Below, piece after piece: positions 36,335 through 40,000 of a stretch of 40,000 nucleotides of DNA. Position numbers and translations under genes: made by a program. Source of the stretch: Candidatus Altimarinota bacterium (GTDB lineage: Bacteria > Patescibacteriota > Gracilibacteria > JANQMV01); contig JANQMV010000004.1 in assembly GCA_028279865.1 (NCBI GenBank), positions 10,602 through 50,601 on the forward strand, read 5' to 3'. Position 1 is the first letter of the stretch. The number at the start of each line of letters is the position of its first letter. The notes below the pieces were generated by a model that had not been told where the DNA came from, did not search any database, and saw only the letters and a program-made list of their open reading frames with translations.

Positions 36335-36380
36335 TTCAACTTTTTTCTAAAACCTTTTATCAAGAAATAATTGACTCTAA

Positions 36381-36797
36381 ATGCCAAGTTTTCGACATCT
36401 CTCGCGGGTTGTTTCTATGCAAACTTTATTTGAATATAGCATCCGCAAAAATAGTGATCCTCGTAAAATTCTCAAATACAATCTAAAAGTTTTTGCTAAT
36501 AAAGTAGAAGATATCAGCTTTTTAGAGCAGCTTATTTTTGGTGTTATCGAAAATCGAGAAAAAATTGATGACAAAATCAAAAAATATGCGCCGGAATGGC
36601 CAATTGAAAAACTGGCTTTAGTCGAGAGGATTATTCTGGAAATAGGTTTGTTTGAACTCTTATACACAGATGATACTCCGCATGCTGTTATCATTAATGA
36701 AGCTGTTGAAATTGGTAAAAAATACGGAGATGAGAATAGTAATAAATTCATCAATGGAGTTCTAAGTACCGCTAGTAAAAAAATTAAGAAAAAATAA
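36381..36797 (+). CDS. nusB: Transcription antitermination factor NusB
   Basis: 138-aa helical ORF (R..SRVVSMQTLFEY..., ...AVIINEAVEIGKKYGDENSNKFINGVL). Confidence 0.8.
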   Translation: MPSFRHLSRVVSMQTLFEYSIRKNSDPRKILKYNLKVFANKVEDISFLEQLIFGVIENREKIDDKIKKYAPEWPIEKLALVERIILEIGLFELLYTDDTPHAVIINEAVEIGKKYGDENSNKFINGVLSTASKKIKKK

Positions 36798-36800
36798 TCT

Positions 36801-37493
36801 ATGCAAAACGATTATTCTGCTTTGGAGGAAAGCATTGGCATAAAGTTTAAAAAAACAGACTTGTACAACGATGCCTTTACGCACAAGTCTTACATGAATG
36901 AAAACAGAAACATCAAAAAAACTGATAACGAACGGTTGGAATTTTTAGGAGATGCTGTTTTAGAATTAATCGTGACAGAGTTTTTATACTTAAATTATCC
37001 TGATCCTGAAGGCGTTCTGACAAATTGGCGCAGTGCATTGGTAAAAAAAGAAACTCTCGCCAGTATCTCCAGAGAGCTGGAATTAGGTCAGTATCTCTTT
37101 CTAAGCAAAGGAGAAAATGCCACGGGAGGAAGGGACAAAGACTATATCTTAGCCAATACTTTTGAAGCATTGCTAGGGAGTCTTTATTTAGATCATGGTT
37201 ATCCTGTTGCGAAAAAATTTGTTGAAAAAAAACTTCTTATCAAACTTGAAAAAATAATCTCCGACGGATCATATATTGACGCCAAATCTCACTTTCAAGA
37301 AGTTGCCCAAGAAAAGACAGGGATAACCCCAAGCTACAAACTCATCAAAGAAGAAGGTCCTGATCACAATAAAATTTTTACTATGGGTGCCTACATTGAA
37401 AAAAAAATTTATGGTAAGGGATCGGGGTCAAACAAACAAGCCGCTGAGCAAGCCGCAGCGGGAGACGCACTAAAGAAACAAGGCTGGCAGTAG
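36801..37493 (+). CDS. rnc: Ribonuclease III
   Basis: 230-aa ORF with the signature ERLEFLGDAVLE and a C-terminal dsRBD (GPDHNKIFTMGAYI...GSGSNKQAAEQAAA). Confidence 0.9.
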   Translation: MQNDYSALEESIGIKFKKTDLYNDAFTHKSYMNENRNIKKTDNERLEFLGDAVLELIVTEFLYLNYPDPEGVLTNWRSALVKKETLASISRELELGQYLFLSKGENATGGRDKDYILANTFEALLGSLYLDHGYPVAKKFVEKKLLIKLEKIISDGSYIDAKSHFQEVAQEKTGITPSYKLIKEEGPDHNKIFTMGAYIEKKIYGKGSGSNKQAAEQAAAGDALKKQGWQ

Positions 37494-37517
37494 GTAATAA
37501 AGTGTAAAATAAAAAAA

Positions 37518-38048
37518 ATGTATGAAGTCGAAGCGAAAGTCTGGGTAAAGCAAAAAAAGGAATGGCAAAGCCTTTTGGCGAAAATCAAAGAAGCTGCAAA
37601 ATTTGAGAAAGAAGAAATAAAAGAGGATTTATATTTTGGGCGAGAAAAATCCTCCGAAGCTGTTTTTCGTTTGCGCACAAAAGATCAAAAAACACACACC
37701 GTCACTACAAAAGAAAAAAACATTATAGAAGGAATCGAGCAAAGCAAAGAAAGATCATTTAAAATAGACCAGCTGAAAAATTTTCTTTTTTTTACGGAAG
37801 GATTAGGTTTTAAGCTAATTTTAAAGAAGAAAAAAGTAAGTCGTGTCTTTATCAAAAAAAACCTAAGCATTGAACTTAATACTATTGAAAATTTAGGAAA
37901 TTTTTTGGAGATTGAGTCTCTTTGCAAAATTAAAAGCGAGATTCCTCAGGCTCGTCGTCAGATAACAAAAATATTTCGTCAATTAGGCTTTGAGCAAAAA
38001 GATTTTGAAAAAAGACCTTATTTGGAAATTTTACAAACTTTGAGCTAA
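37518..38048 (+). CDS. CYTH-domain protein (class IV adenylate cyclase / triphosphatase family)
   Basis: 176-aa ORF opening with an ExExK motif (YEVEAKV). Its size and beta-rich pattern fit CYTH proteins. Confidence 0.6.
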   Translation: MYEVEAKVWVKQKKEWQSLLAKIKEAAKFEKEEIKEDLYFGREKSSEAVFRLRTKDQKTHTVTTKEKNIIEGIEQSKERSFKIDQLKNFLFFTEGLGFKLILKKKKVSRVFIKKNLSIELNTIENLGNFLEIESLCKIKSEIPQARRQITKIFRQLGFEQKDFEKRPYLEILQTLS

Positions 38049-38060
38049 TGTCTTATTTTA

Positions 38061-39368
38061 TTATTCTGCCCCAATTTCAGTTAAGCACTGGTTTACTAAA
38101 CTCGCATTATAGATCGCCTTACAAATATTGCCGTCACCAGCCTTAAGAGCAGCGTCATATAAGTTTTGGTTGATCTCATTAATACAGGTGTTTTTCAAAT
38201 TATCATCATTTTTAATTTCAGCACATTTTGAAAGACGATCAGAAGCCACTGCTGTACTTTTGATGCGCGCATTTTGGCAGGCTTCATTTTTACTAAGATC
38301 TTGCAAAAAATCACACTGACCCAAGGCTTCATAAATAGTTTCCTGGCAAGTCAGACGCAAAATAGAATCATTAATTCTATTGCAATAATTTGCGTTTAAT
38401 TTATCGGTAGCCAGATCATAATTTCCTTCATCCGTATTAGGGTACTGATCCCAATACATTCCTCCTGAACTTGAGCCTGATGATGAGCTTGAACTGCCTT
38501 GATTTGGCTCGTTCTCTTCGCGGAGGGGATTGTCCGAGGTGTTTGCCGAATCTGATCCACCTGAGGAGCCAGAGCTGCTTGTAGTTAAATTTTCTTCTGC
38601 ATGAGCTGATTCATTTTCAACTGGTGGGGCTGAGTTATCATTCTCAAAACTGTCTTTTTGTTCAATTTCTTCCGCCGGAATTTCAATCATCTCTACTTCC
38701 GTAATTTCTGCTCCTGTAGATAAAACAACTTCGATTTCATCTAAATCATTAAAGTTAATTTCCTCTGAGGGCAGGAGAATTTTTCTTTGGATAAAATCAC
38801 CTTCCTTAATTTTTTCAGTCAAAATAACTTCAACCATTTTTTCATCCGCATCTACGTAATTCCATTCACCTTCACCAGATTCGATTAATTCATCACCACT
38901 GCGGATTTTGATTGTGCCTTGTTTTTTTATCTCTTTAAATAAACCAGTATCACCATCATCAGTCAGAGCATCATAAACAGTCGCTCCACTTGCCAGATAA
39001 ATTTGGAAAAAATCAGGTTGCGTTGTTACGATTCTGCCTGAAGTAATTGCAAGTTTACGATGCATAATTGCTGCTCCGCTGGAGTATTTTATTTCTGTCA
39101 CAATAGGTTCCTCCTTTGATAAAATTTTACCACTACCGGAAAGTAGTAAATCACTGCCCGTAAAAATGTATATTGAATCAGTAAAATTAACCCCCTGATA
39201 ACCATAATCCGTACTATTCAAAATCCTGCCTGCAGGGTTATCAAAAGCAGACTTAAAAAGACTAAAAAGCATTCCGACAAAAAGCAGTAATGCTATAAAA
39301 ATCAATACGATAAGATGTTTTTTATTCATGTCTTTTTTTATTTTGCTATCCACTCTATTTTTTACCAT
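38061..39368 (-). CDS. Membrane-anchored hypothetical protein with an acidic/Ser-rich linker and a Cys-rich C-terminal domain
   Basis: 435-aa ORF with an N-terminal TM helix (HLIVLIFIALLLFVGMLFSLF), SSSGSSGGS / SSSSSSGSSSGG tracts, and nine Cys in the last ~130 aa. Confidence 0.6.
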   Translation of the reverse strand: MVKNRVDSKIKKDMNKKHLIVLIFIALLLFVGMLFSLFKSAFDNPAGRILNSTDYGYQGVNFTDSIYIFTGSDLLLSGSGKILSKEEPIVTEIKYSSGAAIMHRKLAITSGRIVTTQPDFFQIYLASGATVYDALTDDGDTGLFKEIKKQGTIKIRSGDELIESGEGEWNYVDADEKMVEVILTEKIKEGDFIQRKILLPSEEINFNDLDEIEVVLSTGAEITEVEMIEIPAEEIEQKDSFENDNSAPPVENESAHAEENLTTSSSGSSGGSDSANTSDNPLREENEPNQGSSSSSSGSSSGGMYWDQYPNTDEGNYDLATDKLNANYCNRINDSILRLTCQETIYEALGQCDFLQDLSKNEACQNARIKSTAVASDRLSKCAEIKNDDNLKNTCINEINQNLYDAALKAGDGNICKAIYNASLVNQCLTEIGAE

Positions 39369-39426
39369 TCTTCATTAAAAATTCAAAGACAAAATCAAAA
39401 ATAACTCACTTTCTGATTTTGTAAGC

Positions 39427-40000
39427 TTACTTTTGCCTGCCTTTTTGCCAATTACGATAAAAATAGATCGCCACAAAAATAATAACAATAAAAACTGCAG
39501 TTGTTTCACCGATAAGTTTAATTTTATTGTGAATTAAGTTCCAATGCTTTCCAAAGTAAAAGCCAGTTAAATTTAAAGAAACTGACCAAAAAAGTGCTCC
39601 CGAAATTTGATACAAAAGGAAACTTCTGTATTTCATACGGTTAATACCTGCAAGTAAAGGAACAAATGATCTAATATAAGCAATAAAACGAGCAACAAAG
39701 ACAGACTTATTTCCATGATTTCTAAAAAATTGCTTTGTGTAATCAAAGTGCTTTTTTTTGATGCCAAAAAATCTACCATTTTTCTTGAGTAACTTCCGAC
39801 CATACTTTCGTCCTGTATGATAAGCGATATTATCACCAATTACAGCACCTACAAAACTAATTAAAATACTTATCTTGAGATCAAAAACACCTAAATGTGA
39901 CAAAAATCCACTTGCAAGTAAAAGTACATCAGCAGGCAAAACAAAGCCCAAAACAAATGCTGTTTCCAGAATATTTAGTAAAAAGAGAATGGGGTAACCG
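39427..40000 (-). CDS. DedA/SNARE-associated family membrane protein (5' end beyond the window)
   Basis: Contains ...GDNIAYHTGRKYGRKLL..., typical of DedA. The reading frame stays open to the window edge (GYPILFLLNILETAFVLGFVLPAD...). The track's 'M' at 39951 is an internal TTG. Confidence 0.75.
   Translation of the reverse strand, partial: GYPILFLLNILETAFVLGFVLPADVLLLASGFLSHLGVFDLKISILISFVGAVIGDNIAYHTGRKYGRKLLKKNGRFFGIKKKHFDYTKQFFRNHGNKSVFVARFIAYIRSFVPLLAGINRMKYRSFLLYQISGALFWSVSLNLTGFYFGKHWNLIHNKIKLIGETTAVFIVIIFVAIYFYRNWQKGRQK

Noticed and set aside
36259-36754. ORFs 36259-36486 (+) and 36377-36754 (-)
   Set aside because: They overlap the rpmF 3' end and nusB in other frames or strands, with no family resemblance. 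NusB explains the region.

Overview
This is an AT-rich (about one-third G+C by eye) bacterial chromosomal segment. Its core is a minus-strand tuf / S10 / spc / alpha ribosomal-protein supercluster (tuf, rpsJ, rplC...rplQ, rplM, rpsI; 5.3-24.8 kb). Housekeeping genes flank it: yebC, rpsR, rpsF, a ferredoxin, nifS and a polysaccharide deacetylase on one side; a BI-1/YccA-like gene, rpmF, nusB, rnc, a CYTH gene and a DedA gene on the other. I found no rRNA, tRNA, CRISPR array, transposase or integrase.

Main result: TGA is not a stop codon here. None of the 48 genes ends in TGA (36 TAA, 12 TAG). The twelve minus-strand ORFs listed between 25.0 and 35.0 kb all share one reading frame and are separated only by in-frame TGA codons (26 by hand translation). 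Several of these TGAs align with invariant glycines in paralogous repeats. This fits translation table 25 (UGA = Gly), the code of Gracilibacteria/Absconditabacteria (SR1)-type CPR bacteria. The missing L30 gene between rpsE and rplO and the lack of Shine-Dalgarno sequences are compatible with that.

Under table 25 the fragments fuse into one ~10.1 kb gene (25046..35131) encoding a ~3,361-aa protein. It has an N-terminal signal anchor, about ten tandem LamG/ConA-like lectin modules, two FN3-like modules and an Ig-like module. It is a candidate host-attachment adhesin, and it sits immediately upstream of tuf. All UGA codons in the window lie in this one gene.

Second notable locus: a ~0.6 kb island of ~50-57% G+C (22.46-23.04 kb) lies between rpsJ and rplC. 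It carries an opposite-strand gene for a small secreted protein with its own near-consensus promoter, an SD-like sequence and terminators, so it splits the normally contiguous S10 operon.

Smaller observations: a perfect 56-bp palindrome, recurring intergenic repeat families, a conserved AU-rich motif just upstream of some start codons, an acidic insertion in IF-1, a Cys4 insertion in EF-Tu, and K/E-rich tails on S6 and S5.
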